From: Raja brachyura
Lineage: Eukaryota
Direction of reading: 5' to 3'
Assembly (NCBI GenBank): GCA_963514005.1
Contig: OY740795.1
Coordinates: forward strand, 62,001 to 126,000
Length of the DNA stretch: 64,000 nucleotides
Shown: positions 1 through 12,480 of the stretch, one piece after another
How positions within the stretch are numbered: the first letter of the stretch is position 1
Layout: every line of letters starts with the position of its first letter
Notes under the pieces: generated by a model
What the model was told of the DNA's origin: nothing
The model's input: the letters and a program-made list of their open reading frames with translations, nothing else
Databases searched by the model: none
Position numbers and translations under genes: made by a program

Positions 1-769
1 ATCACCATGGTTCTTCACCGCGTACTACGCGAATGCGACTGGGTACATTCCCCCAAGCAACCTATTGCATTTTGGGTCGGCAAACGCATGCGTGGAAAGG
101 GCCACGGACTCACACAATGCAGAACGTCTTTGCGAACAGTAACGTGGAAGAGGAGAACGTCAACGCAAAGGAAGGCGACTCTGAAGACGTACCTCCATAA
201 TCCATGACGCTCAATAATTCCTAATGGAATTAAATGGACAATTATCTGGTTTAATCTCCGGTTTAGTCTAGTGTAATTTCATGCTGGGTGACCTCACTTC
301 CGCGACAATCCCGAGCAATCCTCAATGTAGCTAAGCGGAAAAGAATTGCAACCTTTGCTGTTGCCCAGACCTTATTAGCTACCAGAAAACACTCTGTAAT
401 AGATTTTGTAATTAATGTTCCCTCCTTTCTTGAGGCCTCTGATACGCAACACATTGTTTCTCTCTCCAGCAATATTAACTGCACTTTCAAGTACTCCCAA
501 CATTTTATATTCTGTTTTAGCTTAGCAGCTTCCGAGCAGTTTATTTGCACGCGCAGCATGTCCGCTCTGACTTACTGACGTTCTTATTTGTCTTCCTGCT
601 CGTTAGTTTCCGGGTTCTTCTTTAACAGGCACTGATTCATTGGCGGTGAAAATATAGTGTGTCCTAGTTCCATTCCGCGAGCCACGTGTGCAGAGGATGA
701 ACGTTTCAAACCTTAATGAAATATGCGCTATTACCCGATTAGCATCAAGCGATGGAGAGACAGACCGAA

Positions 770-1230
770 GCTGCCGGGCCTGACATATGAGGAAAGAATG
801 GGTCGACTGGGCTTGTATTCACTGGAATTTATAAGTACGAGAAAGGATCATACAAAAAATTATAAAATTCCTCCGAGATTGGACATCCTAGATAAGTTAA
901 AAAATGGTCCCCATGTACGGGAAGTCCACAACCAGGGGTCACAGTTTAAGAATAAGGGTTAGGCCATTTAGGACTGAGATGAAGAAATACAATTCACCCA
1001 TAGAGTTGTGAATCTGTGGAATTCTCTGCCACAGAAGGCAGTGGAGGCCAATTCACTGAGTGTTTTCACGAGAGAGTTAAATTTAGCTCTTAGGGCTAAC
1101 GGAATCAAGGAATACGGAGGGGGGATCAGAAATGGCGTATTAATTTTCAATGATCACATTGAATAGCGGTACTGGCTTGAAGGGCCGAATGGCCGAATCC
1201 TGCATCTATTTTCTATATTTTTCTGTTTCT
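770..1230 (+). mobile_element. CR1 LINE 3' fragment
   Basis: Translates to the CR1 ORF2 C-terminus ([19 protein letters not shown]), followed by the 3'UTR (gaagggccgaatggcc...ttttctat) shared with other CR1 copies in the window. Confidence 0.85.
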
Positions 1231-1450
1231 TTGACATCTAAGCATAAAAAATACTAGCAGCAGCATCGAACAACTCAACGGGTCGGGTAGCATCTGTGGA
1301 GGGTATGGACAATAGATATATAGAACTCTTCGTCGGCCTCTGTTTCCCTCAGTATTTAAATGTATGCATTTCATGCCAGGCTCTCGATGCTTTGGTATTA
1401 TCGGCGGTGGACAGTGTACTAACTATCAATTATCTTCTTCCCTCCTGCAA

Positions 1451-2250
1451 CTAACCTGGTTACAATTGCGGTTATCTCTAAAGGAAGGCGCAGCCTTGCG
1501 AAAGGTGTCACACTGTATTTGGTCTTAGTGCCGGTGGCGAATTTGTTTGGTCATTAACACCGCTGTGATATGAAGGCGGCTTCGGACGATTTATTTGCCA
1601 TTGTGTCTTGTCTACCACTCCATCCTGCAGTCTAGTTTTTAACCTGATGCTGGCTTTCCAAAGATACTTATGCATGGTTAACAGTTGAAATCACCTTAGA
1701 TCAGTTCATTGTCATTTGCTGCCAGAAGCTGAATAGTAGATATTGCACATAGAAGACGTCACCCATCGTTATAGGAAAAGTTTGAAAAATATTCCCTGGT
1801 ACTTTGAATACGAGCCCATGTAGCTCATTGATAACATGCCTTGGTTCTGCGGCTTGAAAGAAGCCAATGACACTCTAATTGCACGGAGAGTGGATGAATG
1901 GTCACACTGGATGTTGAACCCATGCGTTCCCTTGGTGATGCTTCTGATCCTAAACAGAACGACCTCTAGATAGAAAACTGGACAAAATCCGTTATTTTAC
2001 TCATGACGATCTCAGGAAGTTTCATCCTGCGGCGGTTGACGTTCGTTGTAAATTTTATTTTCGTGCAATTACCCACAATATTTAACCGAACGGCACCAAT
2101 GCCAACGACCCAAGGTTTATCCTCCAAATAAGCGGATGAATGCTGGAGATTCTAAGCTCCTGCTCTAACACGTGGTTCAATGTGGCGACGCAGACTAAGT
2201 TCGGAGAGCTCTAAAATCCGCTTTTAATTTAATCGGTAAATCGTTCCGAT
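1451..2250 (+). pseudogene. GPCR pseudogene (exon 2), paralogue of the GPR139/142-like gene at 12963-16659
   Basis: Colinear fragments NLVTIAVISKGRRSLAKGVTLYLV, AWLTVEITLDQFIVICCQKLNSRYCT*KT and ATQTKF match the intact paralogue (NVVTVAILSQGKCGLSSCVSRYLV, VWLTVAFTFDRFVAIADQKLKTTYCTQKS, VTQTKF). It has stops and frameshifts, and the acceptor reads ctgcaa instead of ctgcag. Confidence 0.85.
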
Positions 2251-2584
2251 CGCAGACACAATTTATGGTTCTATTATATTCCAACAGTTATTGGGATGAA
2301 CGAATATATTAGCATGCATTGCCACTGCATACATGCCGACTCAAATGAATGGTTGTCCTTGCTGATAGAATTTTAACTCTATATGGGAAACCAATTATCT
2401 TATTAAATGCCATACGAAATTGTTATTTCTGGGTACATTATCGTATTTTTATTTTCAAGGAATCTAAATGCCCCTAACCAGCATTGCTGTTGGACGATAA
2501 TTGGTCCAGGCAGGCATAATTTATTGATTTCTGAAGGGATTTAAGAGGCCATGTAATAGTTGTTTGCCTCAGCTTGTCAATGAC

Positions 2585-2960
2585 GCAAGTAAGGAACTGC
2601 AGATGCTGGAGAAACAGGAAGTGCTGGAGTTATTCAGCACCTCAGGCAGCATCACATGGTGAGGGCACATTACAGGTCGGAACATTTGTACCGACTGATT
2701 ATAATGGAGGGGAATATAGAGAAGAGAGGGGGACGAGCAAATCCCGGCAAGTGATAGGTGGATGCAGGTGAGGAGGAATTTGATTGGCCGACGAGTGGAC
2801 AGAAACTAGAGCCAAAAATTAGACGGTAGGGTGTAAGATAAGACAAGAGGAGTGACATTTGAAACCAGAGGAGGGGATATAGGTAGAAGGGGATGAGGGG
2901 AGGGGGGAAGAGGGCGGAATATTGCGCGAAATTGATACGTACCATGTTCGAACACAGGGA
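2585..2960 (-). mobile_element. Degenerate Penelope-like (PLE) terminal-repeat-derived element
   Basis: The aaggaactgcagatgctgg...gtgctggagt...cagcacctcaggcagcatc head matches the PLE terminal repeat at 52238-52717. Confidence 0.55.
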
Positions 2961-3230
2961 AGAGAGGGACAGAGGTGTGTGTGGGGGGAGGAGGGGGGGG
3001 GGAGATTACCGAAAATTGGATACCTCAAAGCGCGAACGCTGAATGCACTGAATATTTCAGTGCTATCGACCTCGTAACATTTCAGTGCAATAAGGGACCC
3101 ATTCGACACCGACGGGTTGGATATACGGACGCTGAGAGACAGATTATTTGCGGCAACGATCCGGTCATTCCACGGACGCCCTCAACCCTAATCGTACCCC
3201 AGCATGAAACACGTCGACCGCCTGTCCAAT

Positions 3231-3770
3231 TATAACCATATAACCATATAACAATTACAACACGGAAACAGGCCTTCTCGGCCCTTCCAGTCCGTGCCGA
3301 CCATTTATTTTTCCCTAGTCCCATCTACCTGCACTCAGACCATACCCCTCAATTCCCTTCCCGTCCATAAACCTATCCACTTTACTTTTAAATTTTACAA
3401 TCGATCCTGCCTCCACCACTTCTGCTGGAAGATCATTCCACACAGCCACCACTCTCTGAGTAAAGAACTTCCCCCTCATGTTACCCCTGAACTTCTGTCC
3501 ATTAATTCTCATGTCATGCCCTCTTGTTTGAATCTTCCCTACCCTCAATGAGAAAAGCTTATCCACGTCAACTCTGTCTATCCCTTTCATCATTTTAAAG
3601 ACCTCAATGAAGTCCCCCCTTAACCTTCTGCGCTCCAAACAATAAAGACCTAACTTGTTCAAGCTTTCTCTGTAACTTAGTTGCTGGAACCCAGGCAACA
3701 TTCTAGTAAACCTCCTCTGCACTCTCTCTATTTTGTTGACATCCTTCCTATAATTAGGCGACCAAAATTA
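3231..3770 (-). mobile_element. CR1 LINE 3' fragment, (ttatatgg)n-tailed subfamily
   Basis: ORF 3315-3722 (QRRFTRMLPG...FFTQRVVAVWN). Tail and sequence are close to the copy at 42843-44292. Confidence 0.9.
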
Positions 3771-4932
3771 CTATTTTTCGAATCATGTTTTGCTCTGCTG
3801 TCTTGTTTTTCACGATCATTTCAATTTCACGGTCTTGTATATCATGTGTGTAAAATGTATGTATAATTTAAGCTTGATGTGTTGTCAGCGTCTACGTGGT
3901 TGTGCCGCTGCATGCAAGCAAGTATTTCATTGTAACTGTACCCTACGGTAATTTTGCGTTTAACAATAAACTCAACTTGACTTGGATCCCAGACGCAAAC
4001 CCCACGCTGGGAGTTACAGTGAGAACTCAATAGAGGGCGCTTTTATCCAGGAACCCCTCAAAGAACGGAAGTGCTCTTGGGAAAGGAGCGGAAGTAGCTG
4101 GTAAGTCGTTCGAGCTCGGTACGTCGATCATAAAAGCACGCCTTAATTCTACGCCGTCACGCCCCCCGGTGTACACGTAAAATTCAACTCTCACCTCGCT
4201 CTGAAAGCTCTGAACTCAATTTAGAACAATTTGGAACCATTTTCTTGCCGTTTTCTGCGCATGGAATTACTGAGTCACATCATACCCAAACTATTGCCAT
4301 TTTGCATTACATCTGCGAAAGACAAACCTTTTCAAGTGTTTCCTAGCAGAGGAACACACTGCCCGATTCCACCGTTTAAACTGTTTCGTGTTTTTTGCCT
4401 GCCTGCCTAAGGTACGCGTTCCTGCTGCGCCGCTTATAAAACAAATCTATGGAACATTCTTCCTTGGAACAACCTTTCATCCGAGCAATTAGTCTAAAGG
4501 GAATTAAAATTCTGCCTGCCAGCTCAGAATAATAAAAGACCACCTTCACGTATAGACACAATGCCATGTTCGATAATAACGCTTGCGCTTCTAGTGTTAA
4601 AGTATTTTTCGCTATGATTACCACGCGCACCTGTAAACGAAATAGTAGGCGCTTACGCAATCCTTGGAGGCCTATGCCCTCCTTGCTCATTCGTTTGTTA
4701 TTTTCTCAAATATACACAGTGAGACATGGAATGAACAGACGTTGATTCAGCCATCCAATCATTTCACAATATTCATTCTCATTGGTCCCCGTTGACGGTG
4801 GTTAATACCCAGCCAATCCCTGTCCGAACACACCCTTCCTCGGTTTTGAGTTCATTCCGCAACGCAAGAAAGCAAGGGTAACATTTCCAAGAAGTAGCCT
4901 ATGATTTGTATTCTGACTGTAAAGCAGATATC

Positions 4933-5389
4933 ATGTGTTCCTCTTGTTCCTCTTGTTCCTTTCTGCTGATAATGATTGCGCTCCCTGGTGAGTCTCTGCT
5001 TGAATTGTCAACGTAAAATGAAATAGAAGTTCGCTTTGCTCATTTCACTTCATTTCCAATTCTCTGCGTTTCATTACAGGGACTGCTGGCGAAGATTCCG
5101 TGTCACAGCATCCATCTGAATTGACGGCGCAGGAAGGGCAAACAATAACGCTCAGCTGCAATTACTCCTCAACCTACACATCAGGTTTCACTCTCTTCTG
5201 GTACTTCCAACGACCGGGGGAAGCTCTTCGATATTTACTGAAAAGATTCAACAGGGACGGGCAAGATCTGTCTCCAGATTTCCCGCCCAGGTTCTCTGCT
5301 GATTTGGACCTGGATAGGAAAACCATTCCTCTGGCAATCTCCGGAGTGGTTTACTCCGACGCCGCGGTGTACCACTGTGCCCTGAGCCC
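4933..5389 (+). CDS. TCR alpha/delta V segment, apparently functional (leader 4933-4987, V exon 5080-5389)
   Basis: Leader MCSSCSSCSFLLIMIALP-g|gtgagt with a phase-1 intron to ttacag. The V exon GTAGEDSVSQ...TLSCNY...FWYFQRPG...SDAAVYHCALSP has the canonical Cys-Trp-Cys, is open, and is followed by a 23-RSS. Confidence 0.93.
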
Positions 5390-5428
5390 CACGGTGTGTA
5401 TGGTGCTTTGTTCGCCCTTACAAATACT
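5390..5428 (+). promoter_or_regulatory. 23-RSS (cacggtg-23-acaaatact)
   Basis: Heptamer 5390-5396, 23-nt spacer, nonamer 5420-5428. Confidence 0.9.
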
Positions 5429-5550
5429 AAGAACTCCGCCCCCATTTCACTGAATTGGATTGCACATCTATATTGCGATAGGATGCAACGTGAACCAAAA
5501 TCTGAGCACTATAGATCAATTGTGTACTTTTCATTTTAAATAATGTCTTC

Positions 5551-5636
5551 GTTTAGTTTGCTTTAGATTAGTTTAGTTTAGTTTAGTTCAGTTTAGTTCA
5601 GTTTAGTTTAGTGTATTGTAGTTTAGTTTAGTTAAG
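5551..5636. repeat. (tttag/ttcag)n microsatellite
   Basis: Pentamer tandem array; it is the reverse complement of the (ctaaa)n SINE tail. Confidence 0.9.
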
Positions 5637-7173
5637 TTACTGTATGGACATAGGCACGTCGGCCCACCGAGTCCCAGGTTAGAATCTGATCTCGGGTGCT
5701 GTCTATGAGGAGTGTGCACGCTCTCCCAGCGACCGTATGGGTTTCCTGCAGCTGCTCCGGTGACTTCGCACACTGTAGGTCTGTAGATGAATTGGCTGTT
5801 GCAAATTGCCCAGACTATGTACAAATTGGATTCGAAAGTGGGATAACATAGAGCTAGTATGAACGGGAGATACATGGTCAACGTGGACTCGGTGAGCCGA
5901 AGGGCCTGTTTCCATGCTGTATCTTTCAGTGGATGAATTCAATCGGCCCGCAGCCTGAAATCGATAACACTCTTCATAGTGCTCCTGCATTCTTTGTTTT
6001 AGCATCAATTTCTGATTTGACTTAGGTATTCCAGTATTAATATTTTTTGCATTTCCATGCTAATTATCTCCCGGTTTCATCTTAGATACTAAATTTATCA
6101 GAAGCTATACCATGGGTTTCATCTCCGTCCTTTTTGAAAGTACCGTTCATGATGAGCTGCGCCTTCATTCGAACGTCACGAATCAGATACACGGGGTAAG
6201 CAAAGGACGAGGGACTTGATTGGGCAAATCGAAGAAGAAATGATCTTGGAACTGATAATACGAATCGGAAAACAAACTGGTTCGATTCTGATACGTTCAT
6301 TCTTGTTCATTCTGCGGTGAGCCAATCAGCAATGAGACAGGATACAATTCGGCATTTCCTGATTGAATAGAGTCTCATTGTCAGCCATTGTATTCGAAAA
6401 CGCCACCTGTAAACACACCTGTTGTTCCGCCCATTTGCGCTCATTTAACTATTGAGTTTCCTTTACCCAGACGGTGATGCCGGCATTGACAACGTTTTAC
6501 TCACTGCCTTTGTTCGAGTTTAAAGACTATAAACCTCAAATTTATGATATAGTGTTATGGACATATAGCGATAGAGCGTGGGCCCAGGCCATTCGGCACA
6601 ACTACCCACATGTGCTAACATGTCCCAGCTACATTAGACCCACCTGCCCGTGTTAGGCCCATATCCCCTCAAGCCAGGTACCTATGCAACTATTCATTAA
6701 ACGTTGGGATAGTCCCTGCCTGCCCTACCTCCTCTGGCAGCTTGTTGCACTTCCCCACCCCACACACACTTCGTGTCAAAGGATTACCCCTCAGATTCTT
6801 ATTAAAACCTTTCCCCTTCTTAAACTTACGCCCGTTTCATGTACTCGGGGCAAGAGGCTGTGCAGCTCCCCTCGTGGCTTTATACACCTCTATAAAATTA
6901 TTAATGAACATTTTAAACACAGAACATTTGACAGTATAATCGGGAACTGCCCCTCCCCCCCCCCAAACACACATACAGACATACATACAATTCGGCGCCA
7001 CACATGATTTCAAGTCAAGTTAAATTATTCTCACGATAAAATAATTCCCAATGTCTCCGTTATGCTTTTTTCTGTGTTCGGATAGCCGAATGATGTGATG
7101 GATATCGTGGACATTTGCTTGTAAAACTGCACAGAACAAAATATATGGACGCCGGGTGTAATACTGGCGCTTT

Positions 7174-7187
7174 CCAGTAGATGGCAG
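7174..7187 (+). promoter_or_regulatory. Candidate CTCF site
   Basis: ccagtagatggcag matches the core CCASYAGRKGGCRS, with an upstream tgtaatac motif at 7157-7164. Confidence 0.55.
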
Positions 7188-7311
7188 TAGTGCACTCGTC
7201 TGGAAAAAAACGGGCCTTCCCTGTTTTATATTGGTCCTCATAGGCCAACATGGCGAATAATAACGAATTGAAAATCAATATTTATGCACAGAAATGCCTT
7301 TACTTCCGAAT

Positions 7312-7394
7312 ACCAGGATGGCCGAGTGGGTAAGACGGTGGACTAAAGATCCAATGAACGAGTGTTCACGTGAGTTCGAACCCCACTCCTGGTA
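7312..7394 (+). tRNA. tRNA-Leu(TAA)-derived gene with an AAA anticodon, probable pseudogene
   Basis: 83 nt with acceptor stem accagga/tcctggt, A box tggccgagtgg, B box gagttcgaac and a long variable arm (gaac-gagt-gttc). The anticodon loop reads ct-aaa-ga at 7345-7347. There are mismatches in the D and T stems. Confidence 0.85.
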
Positions 7395-8529
7395 ACCGTC
7401 ATTTAGGCACTTGGACATGCAAATAACGATATAGATAATGTCTAGGCGGATAATTTTCGTTTATCTTAGAATCGTATTGGAAACAAATATGGGGATAGTT
7501 CCTGTACTATTCTGCGTTCCCTATTTATTTTCATCTTCCTTTCACTGCCAAGTGAAATCGATGCTTGTCGCAAAACCGATGGGCAATGGAAGATAGCCTT
7601 GTCTTAATAACAAGTATCATCGATGACACTGACAAGGATAGGTTTTCCCGATTCATTGTGAAGAGAATTCACCTAACCATAACGCGAGCCTTGATGCCCA
7701 AGAAAAGAAAATTGCAGACATAACCCAGATGCTTGAATTTAGCGCTTTGAATTCACGATGAATCTCATCGTGTCTGGCGAACTAAATATATGATGTTCTA
7801 TCTGATGTATGTCCGTAGAGAGTCTAGAGTAATTTGCTGAATTATGTTTCGGATCATTGAGGAATTTTCTGAATGATGAGTATTAGCCATTCCCATTAAT
7901 TGTGCCCAGAGACCCACCGTTGAAAAATCCAGATAAAGGCATCAGCTACCCCAGTTGAATCCTCAATCGAAAGTGCGTCCGGCAATAAAATGAACTGATG
8001 CTCAGCTGTAAGTGTTACTGTTCCCGTCCACCGATCCCACTGCACCAACAGAGACAACAGGTAGTAACGCAGAGAGTGTCATGATGATCGCAAGCAGATT
8101 CCTGTGGGAGGGCGCCAGATATACCTTCAAATGGTGAGATCCACCCTTTCATCTCTCGTCGTAGTCACTTCTTCGTCACCATGTTTGCTTCATCTACACA
8201 ATCTACAGTCCGAATGGATGCTATGCGATTCTTGTGTTTCTGCTTTTTGACAGCGCTTCTACCAAGTAAGTGTGAATCAAACATAATTTAGTCTCTCTGG
8301 CTGCTGGATCTTTTTGACGTTTAATGATTCAATGGTATCTTATTGTCACACCTACTCGGGTACCATGGAAATACTTAAATCAACCAATCAATCAATCAAT
8401 CAGTTTTACTCATCACATACACCTGTAAGTGCAGTGAAATAAATATGCCAGCAGCGGTACAATCAAATTCAGTCGACATCTGAACAATCATACAATTCAT
8501 TCGACATCTGAGCAATGATCCTTATATAC

Positions 8530-9150
8530 GAAAGGGCAGTTTTGGGCTCGACATCTAAGGAAGGATGTGCTGGCGTTGGGGAGGATCTAAAGGCGGTTTA
8601 ACAGTATTATCCCACGAATAATTCGTGCTGTTCCACCAAATTTTTTGTCTACCTTCGATTTTTCCAGCATCTGCAGTTCTTTCTGAAACAACTCTACCGA
8701 AGAATAATTGGGTTAACATGTGAAGAGCGTTTGAAGGAACTGGTCTTATACTCGCTGGAGTTTAGAAGAATGAGGGGGAACGTCTTTAAAACTGACAGAA
8801 TACTGGAAGGCCTGGATAGAGTGAATGTACAGAAGATATTTCCACGGGTGGGGGAGTCGAGGATCAGAGACCATAGCCTCAGAATAAAAGAGTGTACCTT
8901 TGAAAGGGAGGTTAGAAGGAATTTATTGTATTAGACGCTGGTGTGTTTGTGGCATTCATTACCACATGCGTCTATGGGGACCAAGTCAAATGACATTTTT
9001 AAGGCGGAGAATGACAAATTTGTGATTAGCACGTTTGTCAGGGGTTACGGTGAGAGGGCAGGATAATGGATTCAGGTGGGGAAGATAGATCAACCATGCT
9101 TGAATGGAGATGTCGACCTGATCGGCCGCATGACCTAATTCTGCTCCTAG
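8530..9150 (+). mobile_element. Degenerate CR1 3' fragment in the V intron
   Basis: LYSLEFRRMRG...ESRIRDHSLRIK followed by a CR1-type 3'UTR. Confidence 0.75.
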
Positions 9151-9409
9151 AACTTATGAGCTATTATGCACATGTAAGAATAGGCAGTACATAGGACTTG
9201 CCATGTTTCCGGCGACATCTTGCATCCTCCATGTTCACAGTTGTTATAAGTGTTATTCCTTAACACTTTTAACATAAAGGCCAGTTGGCGTGGCGGCGAC
9301 ACTGGCATTGTGTTTCAGGTTTCGGCCTGGCCAGACGATTCTGTGGATCTGCTCGGCTGTTGCTCTTGCTCTGCAGGCCGCATACTCTCAGCGCGCATGA
9401 CGATTTGTG

Positions 9410-9707
9410 TTTAGTTTAGATTAATTTAGATTAGATATACAACGTGTATATAGGCACTAAGGCCCACCTAGTCTGCGCCAACCAGCGACCGCCTATACTA
9501 CTTCCATTCAACAGGCTAGGGACAACTTGGAGAAGCCAAGCAAACTCCAAACCCGCACGCCTATGGGATGTGCGACGAAACCGGAGCACCAGGAGAAACC
9601 CCACGCAGTCACAGTGGGTGCAAACCCCACGCAGGCGTCGCCCGTTGTCATGATCGAAACTGGATCTGCGGCGCAGTCGACAACAGCTCTACCGCTGCGC
9701 CACTGTG
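9410..9707 (-). mobile_element. tRNA-derived SINE (V-SINE/HE1-like)
   Basis: The reverse complement starts ggcacagtggcgcagcggtagagctg, contains tgcgtggggtttctcctggtgctccggtttc, and ends in a (ctaaa)n tail. Confidence 0.75.
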
Positions 9708-10279
9708 CCGCATTTGTTGCATCTCCTGACCCAATTGAGCCCCAGCTTGCTGCGGCTCCTACAGTGCCCGAATCCACTGAAAACTTGAGATGATCAATTC
9801 GACCCGCGAACGGGCGTTGCGCGCATCACACGGGCCCCGGTCAGCGTGCAGAGATCAGGGAGCCTCCTGCGGCCGAGTGTCCGCCAGAGGACCTCAGCGG
9901 TATGGCTTTTTGCCTCCGCGCTCCCCATGTGTTCAATATTATCTAGTTTTCAGTTTATTTCTTGTTCTGCAGAACGAGGTGATGGAGATTCTGTCACACA
10001 AATCCCACCAGCGAGCTTGAAGACAGAAGGGGAACAGGTCACTCTAAGCTGCACATATGATACTGCATTGAACTATTATGAATTGTACTGGTACCAGCAA
10101 AACTCGGCCAAACAGCTTCAGTTTATCCTGGCGAAATATTCAAACGGTGGTGAGGACAGCGCTGATTTCGCTAAAACGAGGTTCTCGGCGGATCTCCTGA
10201 CAGGGGCTAAAGTCACCAAGTTAACTATCTCTGGGCTGCAACTATCCGACTCCGCCGTTTAGTTCTGTGCTCCAAGTAA

Positions 10280-10318
10280 CACAGTGGCTGTGCCCAGTTC
10301 AATCGTTAAACAAAAACG
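10280..10318 (+). promoter_or_regulatory. 23-RSS (cacagtg-23-acaaaaacg)
   Basis: Near-consensus heptamer and nonamer with an exact 23-nt spacer. Confidence 0.93.
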
Positions 10319-10808
10319 TCACCATTGCGTAAAGCTCCGATTTCGAGCGACAAAGAAGGCTTGGATACAGATTGCGGTTTACCACAATCAACTGAAACTC
10401 CCTCATCATCCCCCACGCTGTCACATCGCTGCAAATTGACTTTTCTGAATGTCGTCACTGGAATCGTCGACCATGGATCTCACGTGGTTTCTGCTCACTG
10501 CTTCTCGGCGATTGCACACCGATTAATATTTCTCCTCCGCTTTATTGCGGAAAAAGGCATGGAGAATAGGGAACACGTGAACGGAGATGTCTTGTGGACG
10601 TTCTATATTACAGTCAAGTGGGTGCTGAACGTAGTGAACGTATAGAAGGCAGATACATCTCACGCGTAGTCAGTTCTATAGATGCGTCCTGATCATCGAG
10701 TTACTCCAACATTTTGTCTCTATACTTGTTATAAACCACCATCTGTAGTTCATTTTTATTACAAATTTAAATTGTTTTCTCTTTCTCTCACTCCCTCTCT
10801 CCCCGTCT

Positions 10809-11080
10809 NNNNNNNNNNNNNNNNNNNNNNNNNNNNNNNNNNNNNNNNNNNNNNNNNNNNNNNNNNNNNNNNNNNNNNNNNNNNNNNNNNNNNNNNNNNN
10901 NNNNNNNNNNNNNNNNNNNNNNNNNNNNNNNNNNNNNNNNNNNNNNNNNNNNNNNNNNNNNNNNNNNNNNNNNNNNNNNNNNNNNNNNNNNNNNNNNNNN
11001 NNNNNNNNNNNNNNNNNNNNNNNNNNNNNNNNNNNNNNNNNNNNNNNNNNNNNNNNNNNNNNNNNNNNNNNNNNNNNNNN
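10809..11080. other. Assembly gap (N run)
   Basis: Run of N flanked by CT-rich simple sequence. Confidence 1.
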
Positions 11081-11929
11081 ACACGCTCATTCTCTCCCAC
11101 TCTCCCCTCTCTCCCTCTCTCCGTCGCTTCGTCAGGCTTCAATTTTATAAGATGCCTGTAACCTCGTCATTCTGGTTTTGCGTTAGATCGATATATTTGA
11201 CTTCCCAGTGCCAATGGCAAATCTTGTAGAGAGTTATCAAATTATGTGGATCTTAAGGAGGTGAACAGTCGCAGGCATTTTTTGAAAAGGTAGGGGAATC
11301 TAAAACCCGAGGTCATAGATAAACAATGAAAACAGAAATGTTTAAAGGAGTCCTAAAGGACAAGCTTTTAGCCTCATAAGATGTTGGCGGTATGGAGCAT
11401 GCTGCCAGGAGGTATATCACAACGTTTAACACACATTTAGACAGGTATATCGGCAGGAAAGATAAAATAGGAATGTGGGTCCAAAGAAGGAAGTTGAATG
11501 TGCATAGATAGGTCTTTCGATCAGCATGAAGAATTATAGCCAAATGACTTGCTTCGTGCTGTATGACTATACAAAACTACAATATTACACTGCCTTAACA
11601 GTTTTGATGTTAACGTGTTTTATATGCCTGGAGGTTAAATCGGCACATAACCCACTATCAGAATATCCAATGATCCATGAACGTTTGTCACAGGTTTTCC
11701 GTTTCTTGTCCTTGTGTCCAGAAATGCATCAAGTTTCAGAGCAAATGTGTAACTGTGAACATTTCTATCTCTCGGCTGTTGAGTACTTGCAGTCTATGTG
11801 ATGACGGTTTGAAATCAGGTTCTGAGTGTCTACACTCAAATTGCTAACCAGTACAAACTAAAATGCCGCTCAACTGGGTAGATGACGGAATGCCCCGGGC
11901 TACAAGTGTCTGTACAGCTTTACAGATAT

Positions 11930-12480
11930 GGTGCATTCATGCATTCATGCAAAGCGGGTTGGTCCGCTTTGCAAAACTTCCGTCCAGACAATTGCACAGG
12001 CTGGATGTTTACCAGTGTCGCCAAGTGAAGGGGGTCGAGTGAGGCCCAACGTAAATTGTAGGAACAGCTCCTCATATTTCGTTCGGGCAGCTGATACCTC
12101 AGCGGTATAAATATTGCCATGTAATTTCAAGTGCCCTTGCTTTCTCTCCCTCCATCCCTCCCCCATCCCAGTTCTCCGACCATGGATAGATCATTAATCA
12201 GGAGGACAGTCTCACTGTCCTCCTGATTAAATTTCATCTTTGTATGCTTCATTGTCACATTCCGCGAGCGAACAATCATCAACTCTACATTTCCTTCATC
12301 CTCGTCCCCCTTTGATAACTCGTTTTCACGCCTTTCCCATCTATATCTCTGGACTCACTCTCCTGATTCACAGTGAATGGTCTCGACCCGAAACGTCACC
12401 CATTCCCACTATCCAGAGATGCTGCCTGTCCCGCAAAGTTACTTCAGGCTTTGTGTCTATCTTCGTGAAAATCTGCACTG
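11930..12480 (+). mobile_element. Degenerate Penelope-like element 3' end (GIY-YIG tail plus terminal repeat)
   Basis: ggaacagctcctcatatttcgttcgggcag and tctcgacccgaaacgtcacccattccc...agagatgctgcctg match the element at 53595-54039. Confidence 0.65.

Larger units (their letters stand above)
8214..10279 (+). pseudogene. TCR alpha/delta V pseudogene (leader 8214-8265, V exon 9973-10279)
   Basis: Leader MDAMRFLCFCFLTALLP-a|gtaagt. V exon RGDGDSVTQIPP...LSCTYD...LYWYQQ...SDSAV*FCAPS has a single TAG at 10260-10262 in the YxC motif. The intron carries a CR1 and a SINE. Confidence 0.9.

Noticed and set aside
4715-4721. Isolated cacagtg heptamer (others at about 12370, 42160 and 49350)
   Set aside because: There is no nonamer at proper spacing and no adjacent gene segment.
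10682-11161. Long ORFs here and at 16940-17459
   Set aside because: They are artefacts of translating N gaps.
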